Source of the DNA: a virus
Lineage: Duplodnaviria > Caudoviricetes
Direction: 5' to 3' (one strand)
Length of the DNA: 64,000 nucleotides
IMG/VR virus record: IMGVR_UViG_2818991472_000001
Span: 91,260 to 155,259 of that record
Part shown: piece after piece, positions 54,611 through 63,363 of the stretch
Layout of the letters: the number at the start of each line of letters is the position of its first letter
Numbering within the stretch: position 1 is the stretch's first letter
Made by a program: the position numbers and the translations under genes
Notes under the pieces: generated by a model
What the model was told of the DNA's origin: nothing
Database searches by the model: none
What the model saw: the letters and a program-made list of their open reading frames with translations, nothing else

Positions 54611-55209
54611 TACGCCGCGTTCGTTCTCTTCTCGTCTCGGCGCTGCTGGCTGTGCAATCTCTCGGCTTCCTTGCATTCCTCGCACTCTTCTTTCCGCTTT
54701 CGGTGCCAGCGGTATTTTGCGGGAGTCCCGCAATCCGGCGGCTCCTTTTTATTGAGCGATCTCGCTCTGGGTTTGCGGTTCTTTTCTCGTTCTTCTTTGT
54801 CGCGTTCGGCTTCGGGGCCGCACAGTTCGCAGAGGTCTTCTTTGAAGTAGCGGTGGCGTCGGACGGCGGCCATGGTGCCGTGTTCGGGCGGGTTGCGGCG
54901 CTTGCGACGGCGCTTCGGCTGGGTGGTCGGCGCTTGAGCCGCCTCGACGTCGTCGGTGCTGTCCGCGAGTTCGAGGTGGGCCAGCGCGGAGGTGTACTGG
55001 GGCGGAAATCCGGCAGCACGGCGGTCGTCCTCGGTCTCGCCGCCCCAGATCCCCCACTCCCCCAGGTTCCGGGCTCGGTTGCGGCAGGGGTCGAGCACCG
55101 CACAGCTGGAGCACAGCGCCTTGGCCTGGGCGATGTCGCGGCCGGTGTAGGAGAAGAAGATCTTGGCACGGCCGACGCAGGGAGGCAGTGGGGGTGCCCC
55201 GGTGGTCAC
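54610..55209 (-). CDS. WhiB-family regulator with extra C-terminal HGT/CGT...H...CxxC modules
   Basis: C...FF...AKALCSSC....C...GIWGG. Confidence 0.85.
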   Translation of the reverse strand: MTTGAPPLPPCVGRAKIFFSYTGRDIAQAKALCSSCAVLDPCRNRARNLGEWGIWGGETEDDRRAAGFPPQYTSALAHLELADSTDDVEAAQAPTTQPKRRRKRRNPPEHGTMAAVRRHRYFKEDLCELCGPEAERDKEEREKNRKPRARSLNKKEPPDCGTPAKYRWHRKRKEECEECKEAERLHSQQRRDEKRTNAA

Positions 55210-56507
55210 AGGCTCACCTCCTGGCGGGCTTCCTGGATGCCGTACCAGGGTTCCCAGGCGCAGTCCCACGCCTTGGTGTCCATGCGCCGGGCCGCGAGGA
55301 TCTGTACGGTGGCCTGGCCGATCCGGGTCTGGGTCTCGGAACGGAGCAGACCGAACACCCAGCTCGCGGAGCGTTCGACCTCGGCGCCTTCCGCCAGGTC
55401 GTACGGCTCGGCAATGCCGGTCTTCTGCATCCGCTTGACGCCCTCGCGGGAGAACTGGTGCGCGAGCAGGAGCGGCATGGGGCGGCGGCCGGTGGAGACC
55501 AGCGTGGCGAAGCCCATCATCAGGTCGCGGACCTGCTCCCAACGGGCCTTGCGGCCGGGCTGGGGGTGCTCGACGTGGGTGAGCTGGTCGACGATCAGCG
55601 ACTTGGCGCCGAGGGCCTGGGCGTGCCGGACGAGGGCGGCCGGGGTGCGGCGGCCGGGCTCGGGGGAGATGACGTGCAGGCCGTCGCGCAGTTCGTCTCC
55701 CCGGGCAGCCAGGAAGTCCGCCAGGCGCTGGATCTCAGCTTCGGTACAGGTGCCCATCTGGTACTTGCGGTAGTCGATGGCGCAGATCTGGCAGGCGATG
55801 CGGTCCAGGGTCATCTGGACGCCGTTCTCCAGGGTGTAGAGGACGGTCTCTCGGCCGCGCAGCCACTCGCTGATGGCGGCCCACGTCATCGTCCAGCTCT
55901 TGCCGCCCTTGGGTGGGGCGGCCCAGACGGCGATCTCGCCGTCGTGGATGCCCCGGGTGTGCTGGTCGATGGCGTCGATGCCCAGGCACAGGCCGCTGAG
56001 GACGGCGCCCGTGGTGAGGCGGTGCTGGTAGCGGGCCAGGGAGTCGTTCAGGCCCTGGGTGGCCTCGATCTCGTTGGTGCGGTCGCGGACGGTCAGGGCC
56101 AGCTCGAACCAGCGCTCGGCCGCGAGGGCGACGACGTCAGTCCGCTCCCCCACGGTGGCCTTGGCGAGGTCGATGGCGACGTCGCGCTGGAGCCGCTGGC
56201 TGGTGGCCAGGACGTACTGGCTGTTGAGGGTGTCGATGGCCCAGGTGACGTCGTCGATCTGTAGGTCGTCGTCGGGCAGCGTGATGTCGCACTGCTCCAG
56301 GCGGTCGCCCCACTCCTCGGTGATCATCTCGCGGGAGGGGGCCTTGGCCCGGCCGCTGCGGTGGAAGTACTCGACGGCCCACTCGACCACCTCGCGCATC
56401 CCCTCGGTGGGGATGACGTCCAGGTCGAGGCCGACCACCGTGAGGCGGTCGAGGGCTTCGACATCGAGCAGTGAGCCGTAGAGGACGTTCTCGGCGTGCG
56501 TGGTCAC
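55206..56507 (-). CDS. DnaB-like replicative helicase
   Basis: AAPPKGGKS, TLE, IVDQL, AHQFSR, ILAARR. Confidence 0.85.
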   Translation of the reverse strand: MTTHAENVLYGSLLDVEALDRLTVVGLDLDVIPTEGMREVVEWAVEYFHRSGRAKAPSREMITEEWGDRLEQCDITLPDDDLQIDDVTWAIDTLNSQYVLATSQRLQRDVAIDLAKATVGERTDVVALAAERWFELALTVRDRTNEIEATQGLNDSLARYQHRLTTGAVLSGLCLGIDAIDQHTRGIHDGEIAVWAAPPKGGKSWTMTWAAISEWLRGRETVLYTLENGVQMTLDRIACQICAIDYRKYQMGTCTEAEIQRLADFLAARGDELRDGLHVISPEPGRRTPAALVRHAQALGAKSLIVDQLTHVEHPQPGRKARWEQVRDLMMGFATLVSTGRRPMPLLLAHQFSREGVKRMQKTGIAEPYDLAEGAEVERSASWVFGLLRSETQTRIGQATVQILAARRMDTKAWDCAWEPWYGIQEARQEVSL

Positions 56508-56510
56508 CGG

Positions 56511-57362
56511 CTACACCACCGTGATGGGGCGGGTGAGGCCGAGGTCGGCTTCCTGGCGGGAGATCTCGCGGCGGCGGGGGCGGAAGTCGGCGCCGGAGAC
56601 CTCGATGAAGTCGGACTGCTCGGAGAGCAGGCTCATCACATAGCCGCCGTAGCCGTCCTGGATCTGGTGCGGGGTGAGGTTGGTGGTGAGGATGACCGGC
56701 TGGCTGTTGGCCGCCCTGGAGCGGATGACCTGGTCGACCATGGATTCGACCATCTCCAGGCGGCCCTTGTGCTCCTTCCCGAGGTCGTCGATGGCGAGGA
56801 CCTCGGAGGCGTGGACGCGGCGGTTCCACTCGGCCCGTTCGGTCTCGTCGCGCCAGCCGCCGGTGAACAGGTCGATGATCGAGTTGAACTGGGCGGTGAA
56901 GACGTCTCGCGCCTGGGCCATGAGGGCCTTGGCCAGCAGGGTGAGCAGCAGGGTCTTGCCGGTTCCGGCGTCAGGGGACCAGAGGATGAGGTTGCGGCCC
57001 TGAGCGATGTTGCGGGCGCCGTTGACGGCGTACTGCATGATCTGGTCGCGGACGTGTTCGGGGACGGCGGTGGCGTCTTCCCAGTCGAGGCGCTGGTAGG
57101 CCAGCCCGATTCCGGCGTTGAGCATCCACAGGTGCATCAGCCACTGATCGGTGCAGCTGCAGTTCCAGGTGGCCACCTCGGGTGGGGCTGTCTGGTAGTC
57201 CCACCAGCGGTAGGTGTTGCCGTTCTGCTTGAGGCAGGTGACGCAGCTGGTCGTGGGGTCGAGCCACAGCCGGGGGCGGGCGGCGCGCAGCCGGGCGAAG
57301 TCGTGGTTGCTCAGGGGCTTGCAGGCCCTGGGAGCGGGGGCCGGGGTGAGGGGGTTCGTCAT
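56511..57362 (-). CDS. DnaC/IstB-like AAA+ helicase loader
   Basis: AGTGKT, LAIDDLGKE, R......ILTTN. Confidence 0.85.
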   Translation of the reverse strand: MTNPLTPAPAPRACKPLSNHDFARLRAARPRLWLDPTTSCVTCLKQNGNTYRWWDYQTAPPEVATWNCSCTDQWLMHLWMLNAGIGLAYQRLDWEDATAVPEHVRDQIMQYAVNGARNIAQGRNLILWSPDAGTGKTLLLTLLAKALMAQARDVFTAQFNSIIDLFTGGWRDETERAEWNRRVHASEVLAIDDLGKEHKGRLEMVESMVDQVIRSRAANSQPVILTTNLTPHQIQDGYGGYVMSLLSEQSDFIEVSGADFRPRRREISRQEADLGLTRPITVV

Positions 57363-57745
57363 CGGGCGAGTCGCTCGGCGATGACGGCGGCGAAGTACGG
57401 GTCGCTGTTCTTGCAGAACCGCAGGGGGGTGACTGGGGCGTCGCGCCACTGGCCGTCGCAGTGCTCGTAGGCGAAGCGGGCGATGGCGGCGGCGTCGGTG
57501 CCCCACCGAGTGGAGAAGCCTTTGAAGATCCCGGCGATGCGCTCGGCCGGGATGGTGGCGTAGGGGATGCGACGCTCCGTGAGCTGCCGCAGGACGTAGT
57601 CCCGCAGCTCCTGCCACGTCCAGTCGGTGTCGGCCGTCAGGAGGTCGGCGGAGCGGACCGTACTGGCTGTCGTGGCGATCGGAGGCGCAGCGGGCCGCGA
57701 AGGGCCGGAGGAGACGTGGAGGGGTTCGGACAGGTCGAGGAGCAT
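57359..57745 (-). CDS. hypothetical protein, first gene of the replication operon
   Basis: GGAG RBS; coupled to the loader gene. Confidence 0.7.
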   Translation of the reverse strand: MLLDLSEPLHVSSGPSRPAAPPIATTASTVRSADLLTADTDWTWQELRDYVLRQLTERRIPYATIPAERIAGIFKGFSTRWGTDAAAIARFAYEHCDGQWRDAPVTPLRFCKNSDPYFAAVIAERLAR

Positions 57746-57897
57746 GGCAGGGTTCTCCAACCGTGGCAAAGGGCTGGTGGCACGCTCAGGTGGCAGTCTG
57801 GGCGCGCTGGGGTGCTCGTGGTGGCAGCACGAGCGTGGCGTTCTCGACGCTATCCGGGGGACTTGGCGGTGGCAAGCGACTGACAGGCTTGAAGATC

Positions 57898-57939
57898 GAA
57901 AAAGGCGGTGGTGGGGCTCGTTCGAGTCCCACCACCGCC
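57898..57939 (-). terminator. intrinsic terminator
   Basis: 12-bp stem GGCGGTGGTGGG/CCCACCACCGCC followed by TTTTT on the minus strand. Confidence 0.75.
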
Positions 57940-57956
57940 GGTGCGCAGCCGGGGGT

Positions 57957-58820
57957 TCAGCTCTTCGGGCTGTGCATGCAGGCCACGTGGAGCGAGACGC
58001 CGCCGCCCTGGACGACGAAGTACCGTCCTCCGGGCACGCTCAGGCAGGTACACCGGCCGGAGTTGTCGATGGTCTCGGTGGTGGTGCCGAGCGGCATCCA
58101 GTCCTGCTCGAAGATCGTGAGGGTTCCGTCGGTGTAGAGGATGCCGTCTTCCTCGGCCTGGACGACCAGGGGCGCGACGGACCAGCCCTGCAGGACGAGC
58201 AGGTGGGTGAGGGCCTGGTGGAGGAACTCACGGCCCCGGGTCCGGATGACGGTGCGGTCCAGGCCGCCACCGGCGTCCGGGAACGGCTTGCGGGTGCCGC
58301 CGCCCACGAAGGCGTTGAGCAGCACGTTCAGCTGACGGGGGGAGAGCGTGCCGAGGGCTTCGATCAGGCGCTGGTCGGCGATCTGCTGCCAGACCTTCCG
58401 GCCGCCCTGGGGTAGGTCGGGTCCGGTGGCCTGCTGGAGTGCGGCACCGGTCATGATCAGCATGTCGTCGGTGACGGCGGGGGCCTCCGGCTGTGCGCGG
58501 CGTCGGGGTGCGGTGAGCAGCCGGGTGTCGGCGGTCGCGCTGCTTGCTGTGAAGTCGGTCAGGTCGTGCTGGACGGCCTCGTGGCCGTGGTGGAGCGTGA
58601 GCAGGTCGTGGTTCCTGCCGTGCCAGGCGGTGGCGGGGCCGCTGACGGGCGCGGAGATGACGCCGTCCACGCGGCGCCAGGTGGCGTGGCCGTCGTCGTC
58701 GGTGGAGAGGATTTCGGTGCCGACGAGGAACGGGGCAACCTCGGCGTTCACCAGGCCGGTGCGGGCGATGTAGTACGGCTGGGGGTCGCGGATGATCACG
58801 GGCTCGGTTCGGGAGGTCAC
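57957..58820 (-). CDS. free-standing degenerate intein-like (Hint + LAGLIDADG remnant) protein
   Basis: VGTEILS.D..G..TW..V...HDLLT...H and IDNSGRCTCLSVPGG.YFVV resemble Hint N/C blocks. Confidence 0.55.
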   Translation of the reverse strand: MTSRTEPVIIRDPQPYYIARTGLVNAEVAPFLVGTEILSTDDDGHATWRRVDGVISAPVSGPATAWHGRNHDLLTLHHGHEAVQHDLTDFTASSATADTRLLTAPRRRAQPEAPAVTDDMLIMTGAALQQATGPDLPQGGRKVWQQIADQRLIEALGTLSPRQLNVLLNAFVGGGTRKPFPDAGGGLDRTVIRTRGREFLHQALTHLLVLQGWSVAPLVVQAEEDGILYTDGTLTIFEQDWMPLGTTTETIDNSGRCTCLSVPGGRYFVVQGGGVSLHVACMHSPKS

Positions 58821-58828
58821 GGTGTCTC

Positions 58829-59326
58829 TCAGGAGTGGTGGGAGGGGCGGGCCGGACGGGGGTTCACGCCGTAGGTCCTCGCGATGCTGATGCAGACGTT
58901 GACGGCGTTGACGAGTGCGACCCCGTCGATCACCTGGTTGTAGGCCAGGACGTGCGCGAGCCGCTCGACGTCCGGGATGGTAAGGCGGAGTTCACCAGGT
59001 TCGGTGCTGCGGCGCGCTGCACTGAAGCTGCGGCCCTTGCGGAACTTGTACGGGAACGCTTCCTGGCCCGGGTAGACGTCCTTGCCGTATCGGCGGTGGC
59101 CTCGGTGCCACTCTGGGGCGTCGGCCTTGCCGAAGAAGATCGTGCCGACCTCGCGCGGGTTGAAGTGCGGGAACCGGAGGGGCGGGTAGCCGTCCGGGAC
59201 CTCGGTCCGGGTGTCGAGCGGGAACTGGTCGTCCTGGAAGAGGCTCCCGCTGCTCGGCACGGGTGTGGGGCCGTCGAGGTCGGCCGAGGCCACCACCAGG
59301 GGGTCCTGGGGGGTGTCGCTCATCAT
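58829..59326 (-). CDS. hypothetical protein (possible DNA-binding)
   Basis: GGAAGGAAG RBS; FNPREVGTIFFGK...TIPDVERLAH. Confidence 0.65.
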   Translation of the reverse strand: MMSDTPQDPLVVASADLDGPTPVPSSGSLFQDDQFPLDTRTEVPDGYPPLRFPHFNPREVGTIFFGKADAPEWHRGHRRYGKDVYPGQEAFPYKFRKGRSFSAARRSTEPGELRLTIPDVERLAHVLAYNQVIDGVALVNAVNVCISIARTYGVNPRPARPSHHS

Positions 59327-59390
59327 GTCGCTCTTCCTTCCGGAGGTGGTCGCCGGGCCACGCGGTTGATCGGTGGCCCGGCGGGTCGTT

Positions 59391-60119
59391 CTAGGCAGCG
59401 GGCGTGGCGGATCGCAGGTGGATGCTCAGGCGCCCCGGAACCAGGGTGGTGATCTTGGGGATCAGGGCGGCGGCACGGCTGCGGGTGCGGCGGCCGAGCA
59501 GGAACCTCCGGAAACGGTCCTCGTCGAGCACCCGGCTGGGCGCGGTGACGGCCAGGTAGTCGGCGCGGCTGATCGTTCCGTCTGCCAGCCCCTGCTCCAG
59601 GAGGGCCTGGCTGGGGGTGTTGGTGTCGGCGGTGGCCTCGCGGGTCCACATCATGCCGGTGCCGTCGATCAGCTGCTCCTCCCGGTCGCCGGGCTGGGCG
59701 GTGCGGTAGTGGCCCTTGCCGTCGCGGGGGGTGAGGTCGGTCGCCGTGCCCGTGTTCTCGGACACGACGTCGAAGTGGGTGGAGACGATCTCGCTGATCT
59801 CCTTCCTGCGCCGCTCAACGGCGGTCTGGACCGCGTCGAGGGTGCGCTTCTCCTCCAGCAGGCGCTTCAGCTCGGTCGCGCGCAAGGCACGGCGGGTGGC
59901 GGGCGCGACGCACTTGAAGACGGCGGGGACCTGGCCGAGAGCCTGCGCGAGGTCGTCGGGGACCTTGGTGACAGCGGGCATCTTGGAGACGGTGGGCTTG
60001 GCCGGGGCGGCGGGTGTGGTGGTGACGAGCTTCGTGAGCATCTCAGCGAGCGACGTGGTGCCGTCGGTGGCGTAGACGGCGACGTCAGCGGTGAAGGTGG
60101 GCACGAGTGCGGTGGTCAT
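59391..60119 (-). CDS. hypothetical phage protein
   Basis: GGGAG RBS; behind a motif A promoter. Confidence 0.75.
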   Translation of the reverse strand: MTTALVPTFTADVAVYATDGTTSLAEMLTKLVTTTPAAPAKPTVSKMPAVTKVPDDLAQALGQVPAVFKCVAPATRRALRATELKRLLEEKRTLDAVQTAVERRRKEISEIVSTHFDVVSENTGTATDLTPRDGKGHYRTAQPGDREEQLIDGTGMMWTREATADTNTPSQALLEQGLADGTISRADYLAVTAPSRVLDEDRFRRFLLGRRTRSRAAALIPKITTLVPGRLSIHLRSATPAA

Positions 60120-60168
60120 GGCAGGGTTTCTCCCTTTGGCAGGTAAGGGGGCCGTACTGGCAATAATC

Positions 60169-60197
60169 AAGCTACCCTGATATCTAGGTGACGTCAA
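60169..60197 (-). promoter_or_regulatory. promoter with operator motif A, copy 4
   Basis: TTGACG-N17-TAGCTT containing ACCTAGATATCAGGGT. Confidence 0.8.
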
Positions 60198-60202
60198 TAT
60201 GA

Positions 60203-60237
60203 GAAAAGGCCGGTAGGAGAATTCCCCTACCGGCCTT
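60203..60237 (-). terminator. intrinsic terminator after the DinG-family gene
   Basis: AAGGCCGGTAGG/CCTACCGGCCTT with a short T-tract on the minus strand. Confidence 0.7.
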
Positions 60238-60256
60238 CACAGGCTTGAAGATTCAT

Positions 60257-62407
60257 TCAGGAGGCAGCGCCGAGGGCCTCGCGCCAGGCAGCGTAGTAGG
60301 TCTTGACGTCGTCGAGGGACGTGGTGACCGGCGCCGGGGGGAGCCCTCGGACGATGTTCTTGCCCCAGTGGGTGGTGGACAGGCGGGGGTCGAGGATGGC
60401 GACGATGCCGTAGTCCGTGACGGTGCGCAGGAGTCGGCCGAAGCCCTGTCCCAGGGTGAGCATCATCAGGGGCAGCGCCAGCTCGGCGAAGTCGTTGCCG
60501 CCGCGCTCCTTGATCTTCTTGGAGCGGGCCGCGATCACCGGGTCGCTGGGGACAGCGAAGGGGAGCTTCATCATGACGACGAGGCGGTTCGTGTCGCCCG
60601 GGAAGTCAACGCCGACGAAAAACGACTTCATGCCGAACAGGACGCTGTCCTTCTGCTCCTTGAACTTCTGGGCGATCTCCTTGTTGGTGTGGTCCTTGCC
60701 CTGCATGTACACGGGGAACCCGGCGGCCCCGATGCGCTCGGCCAGCAGGTTGTAGGCCGCGATCATGTCGGTCTTCGAGGTGAAGAGCAGCATGGCTCCG
60801 CCTCGGGCGGCATCGCGGACGAGCATGGCGATGGTCTCGATGGCCCAGGTCTGCCAGGCGGCGCGGGCGTCCTTGTCCTTGGCGGAGGGGATGGGCATCG
60901 GCTCGCCCGCCTCGGTCTTGGCGCCGGGGACGTACATGAGCATCTGCCGCTCGTAGTCGAAGGGCGTGCCGACGTCGAGCGTGGTGGCCTTCTCCAGGCC
61001 GAGCGTCTTGGCCGCGTAGCTGAAGCCGGAGTTGCCGGTGCTGAGGGTGGCCGAGAGGATGACGGCCGAGGTCTCGTTCCACAGCTCCTCGCGGAGGATG
61101 GGGCCGACTTCGATGGGGCACGCGGTGAGGGCCCAGCGGGTGACCTGCTCCCCGGTCTTCTTGCTGCGGGCGGTGTAGGTCTCGGGCCAGGCGACCATGT
61201 CGATCTCAGGGGCCTCCAGGACCCGGGCGATGTTGGTGAGGTAGCTCTCGCCGAGGGTCAGCAGGCGCTTCTGCTTCGTGCCCTGGGCGCCCTTCTCACC
61301 CTTGGTGATCTTGGCGGCCTTGATCTTGTGCCAGGCGCGGGTGATGGCCTGGGTGAGGGCCTCGAAGACGGGGTAGTGCTCCTCGACGAAGTCGACGTCG
61401 AGGGTGGCTCCTTCGATCTCCATGAGCTTGACGACGATCTCGCGGATCTCGACGAGCTTGGCCTGGATCGTCTCGACGAGCTTCTCGGTGTCGCGGATGG
61501 CTTCGAGGTCACGTTCGGCGTTCTCGTCGTCGGTAGCGCTCTGGAGGGTCACGAAGTTCAGGGCCTGGTCGGCCCAGGCGAGGATGCCGCCCTCCTTGAC
61601 CTCGAAGCCGAGGGTGCTCTGGGCGGTCTCGGGCAGTTCGTGGCCCTCGTCGAAGATCATGAGGTCGCGGTCGCCGAGGATGACGGACTCGCCGATGCCG
61701 TTCTCGTTGCTCTCGGCGATGGACATCTTCACCTTGACGTCGAGCATCGCCATCTTGTGGTTGGTGACCACGATGTTGGCCTCGGCGGCCTCGTCCTTGG
61801 CCTTGTAGCCGAAGCAGGTCTGGCCGAACGCGCAGCCGGAGCGGCCGGGGCACTCGTTCGCGCCGACGGCGACGTGCCTCCACTCCTCGGGGGCCACCGG
61901 GGTGGTGAGGGTGTCGCGGTCGCCGGTGGAGGTGGAGCCGTCGGCCATCGTCTCCTCGATGAGGTCGGCCAGGTTGGCGACCTGCTCGGAGGTGGCCTCC
62001 TGCAGCTTGTCCTTGCAGACGTACTGCCCGAGGCCCTTCAGCGGCGCGTAGGTGAAATCGACCGGGAGGTGCTCCTTCAGGAACGGGAGGTCCTTCTCCA
62101 GGTACTGGGTCATCAGCGCGAGGGTGGAGGTGGCGATGACGACCCGGCCTCCGGCGATCCGGCCGTTGCGGCTGACGCCGAGGATGGCCGGGATCAGCGC
62201 GCCGAGACTCTTGCCGGTGCCGGTACCGGCTTCCGCGAGGAGGTGCTGGGGGGCCGGGTCCGTCTCGCAGGCGGTGATGACGGCTTCGATCGCGGCGGCG
62301 AGCTTCTGCTGGGCCGGGCGGGCGGTGTAGCCGGGGAGGCGGGAGGCCAGGACGTTCTCGGCGTCGGCGAAGGTGCGGAGCTGGGGTTCGGGGGTGGCGG
62401 TCGTCAT
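60257..62407 (-). CDS. DinG/YoaA-family ATP-dependent helicase
   Basis: RPAQ, EAGTGTGKS, Fe-S Cys, VTNH, FDEGH, SATL, GVDFPG, KLPF, QGFGRLLR. Confidence 0.93.
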   Translation of the reverse strand: MTTATPEPQLRTFADAENVLASRLPGYTARPAQQKLAAAIEAVITACETDPAPQHLLAEAGTGTGKSLGALIPAILGVSRNGRIAGGRVVIATSTLALMTQYLEKDLPFLKEHLPVDFTYAPLKGLGQYVCKDKLQEATSEQVANLADLIEETMADGSTSTGDRDTLTTPVAPEEWRHVAVGANECPGRSGCAFGQTCFGYKAKDEAAEANIVVTNHKMAMLDVKVKMSIAESNENGIGESVILGDRDLMIFDEGHELPETAQSTLGFEVKEGGILAWADQALNFVTLQSATDDENAERDLEAIRDTEKLVETIQAKLVEIREIVVKLMEIEGATLDVDFVEEHYPVFEALTQAITRAWHKIKAAKITKGEKGAQGTKQKRLLTLGESYLTNIARVLEAPEIDMVAWPETYTARSKKTGEQVTRWALTACPIEVGPILREELWNETSAVILSATLSTGNSGFSYAAKTLGLEKATTLDVGTPFDYERQMLMYVPGAKTEAGEPMPIPSAKDKDARAAWQTWAIETIAMLVRDAARGGAMLLFTSKTDMIAAYNLLAERIGAAGFPVYMQGKDHTNKEIAQKFKEQKDSVLFGMKSFFVGVDFPGDTNRLVVMMKLPFAVPSDPVIAARSKKIKERGGNDFAELALPLMMLTLGQGFGRLLRTVTDYGIVAILDPRLSTTHWGKNIVRGLPPAPVTTSLDDVKTYYAAWREALGAAS

Positions 62408-62452
62408 GGTGGCAGGTTCCCCTCGGCAGCGGGTGTTGGTGGCAGGAATTGC

Positions 62453-62482
62453 AATTTAGCAACCGTGATATCTAGGTGTCAA
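62453..62482 (-). promoter_or_regulatory. promoter with operator motif A, copy 5
   Basis: TTGACA-N18-TAAATT containing ACCTAGATATCACGGT. Confidence 0.8.
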
Positions 62483-62560
62483 TATGATTCCTGGAACTGG
62501 TGCTCGGGCGTGGCCGGGTTCGCTCGAACGCTCGTTCTTGCGTCGTCGCAGGTGAGGGGT

Positions 62561-62618
62561 TGTGGACACGCCGGGGCGCCAAGAGGGGGGTATGCGTGCA
62601 TCCACAGGCTGTGGACGA
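62561..62618. promoter_or_regulatory. three DnaA-box-like 9-mers
   Basis: TGTGGACAC and GCATCCACA-ggc-TGTGGACGA versus consensus TTGTCCACA. Confidence 0.4.
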
Positions 62619-63234
62619 GTAGGGTTAGCCCCGCAGCGCGCGGGTGCCTTGTCGCTAGAGGCCCCTGCGCTGAAGGCCGAGTGCGTGCCCTGGGTTGGCC
62701 CCCGGGAAACGCAAGAGGCCCCCGGGAGACGGATTGGCTGTCCGACGCATCCGGGGGCTCCGACAACCACCCGCCGCTAGTGGGTGTCGCGTTGTCGGTG
62801 GCCGCGCAACCTTTCGTCCTCAAAACCCTGAGGAGGTCGCTGGCATGCACCAGCGTACCCTGCGGCGGGCCGCCGCGAGTACCCCACGCCGATTCGACAC
62901 GCCACGCGCTCTGGGGCTCACGGCGTCGCTCTCCCCATCAGCCGCTCTGATGAGGTTGAATGCTGTCCAGGTTCGGATCGCCCGCCAAGCACCGCAACCG
63001 TCTGCTTCACCTGCCACACCTGCCACCACCACCACCGTGGGCGTCGCCACCGCGCACGGGCTTCGACAGGACGTTCGTACGATGCTGCCTTCAGAAAACA
63101 GTGACGGGCGGCCTCTCACCTGCCACGGAGAGAGCCGCCCGTTCACAGCCAGCTCCAAGGAGCGGCGAGGTGGTAAGGGGATGACCCCTTGCCCGGTCAG
63201 GTCCGAAACTGCCGATCCGGACCTGCTGCGGCGC

Positions 63235-63290
63235 GCGGTTTGTTCAACCAGGCCGTCACCGCTCAGTAGTGCGGTTTGTTCAACCAGGCC
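63235..63290. repeat. two perfect 20-bp direct repeats (iteron-like)
   Basis: GCGGTTTGTTCAACCAGGCC at 63235 and 63271, upstream of the Rep-like gene. Confidence 0.7.
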
Positions 63291-63363
63291 ACCACTGGCC
63301 ACAGCCGCCTTCTAAGCGCATCGCGTCGATCTCAAACCCTGCCAAGGAAGAAAAGACCAACAC

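Noticed and set aside
57900-57960. tRNA-like GTTCGAGTCCC
   Set aside because: It is part of a terminator hairpin; no cloverleaf can be built. The GGTTCGAGTTCC at 14641 lies inside a CDS.
62947-63215. Hammerhead ribozyme core (CTGATGA...GAAA)
   Set aside because: The two core elements are far apart and the three required stems could not be formed.
63235-63290. Possible CRISPR array
   Set aside because: Only two repeats with a 16-bp spacer; the Cas4-like gene sits in a recombination operon with no other cas genes.
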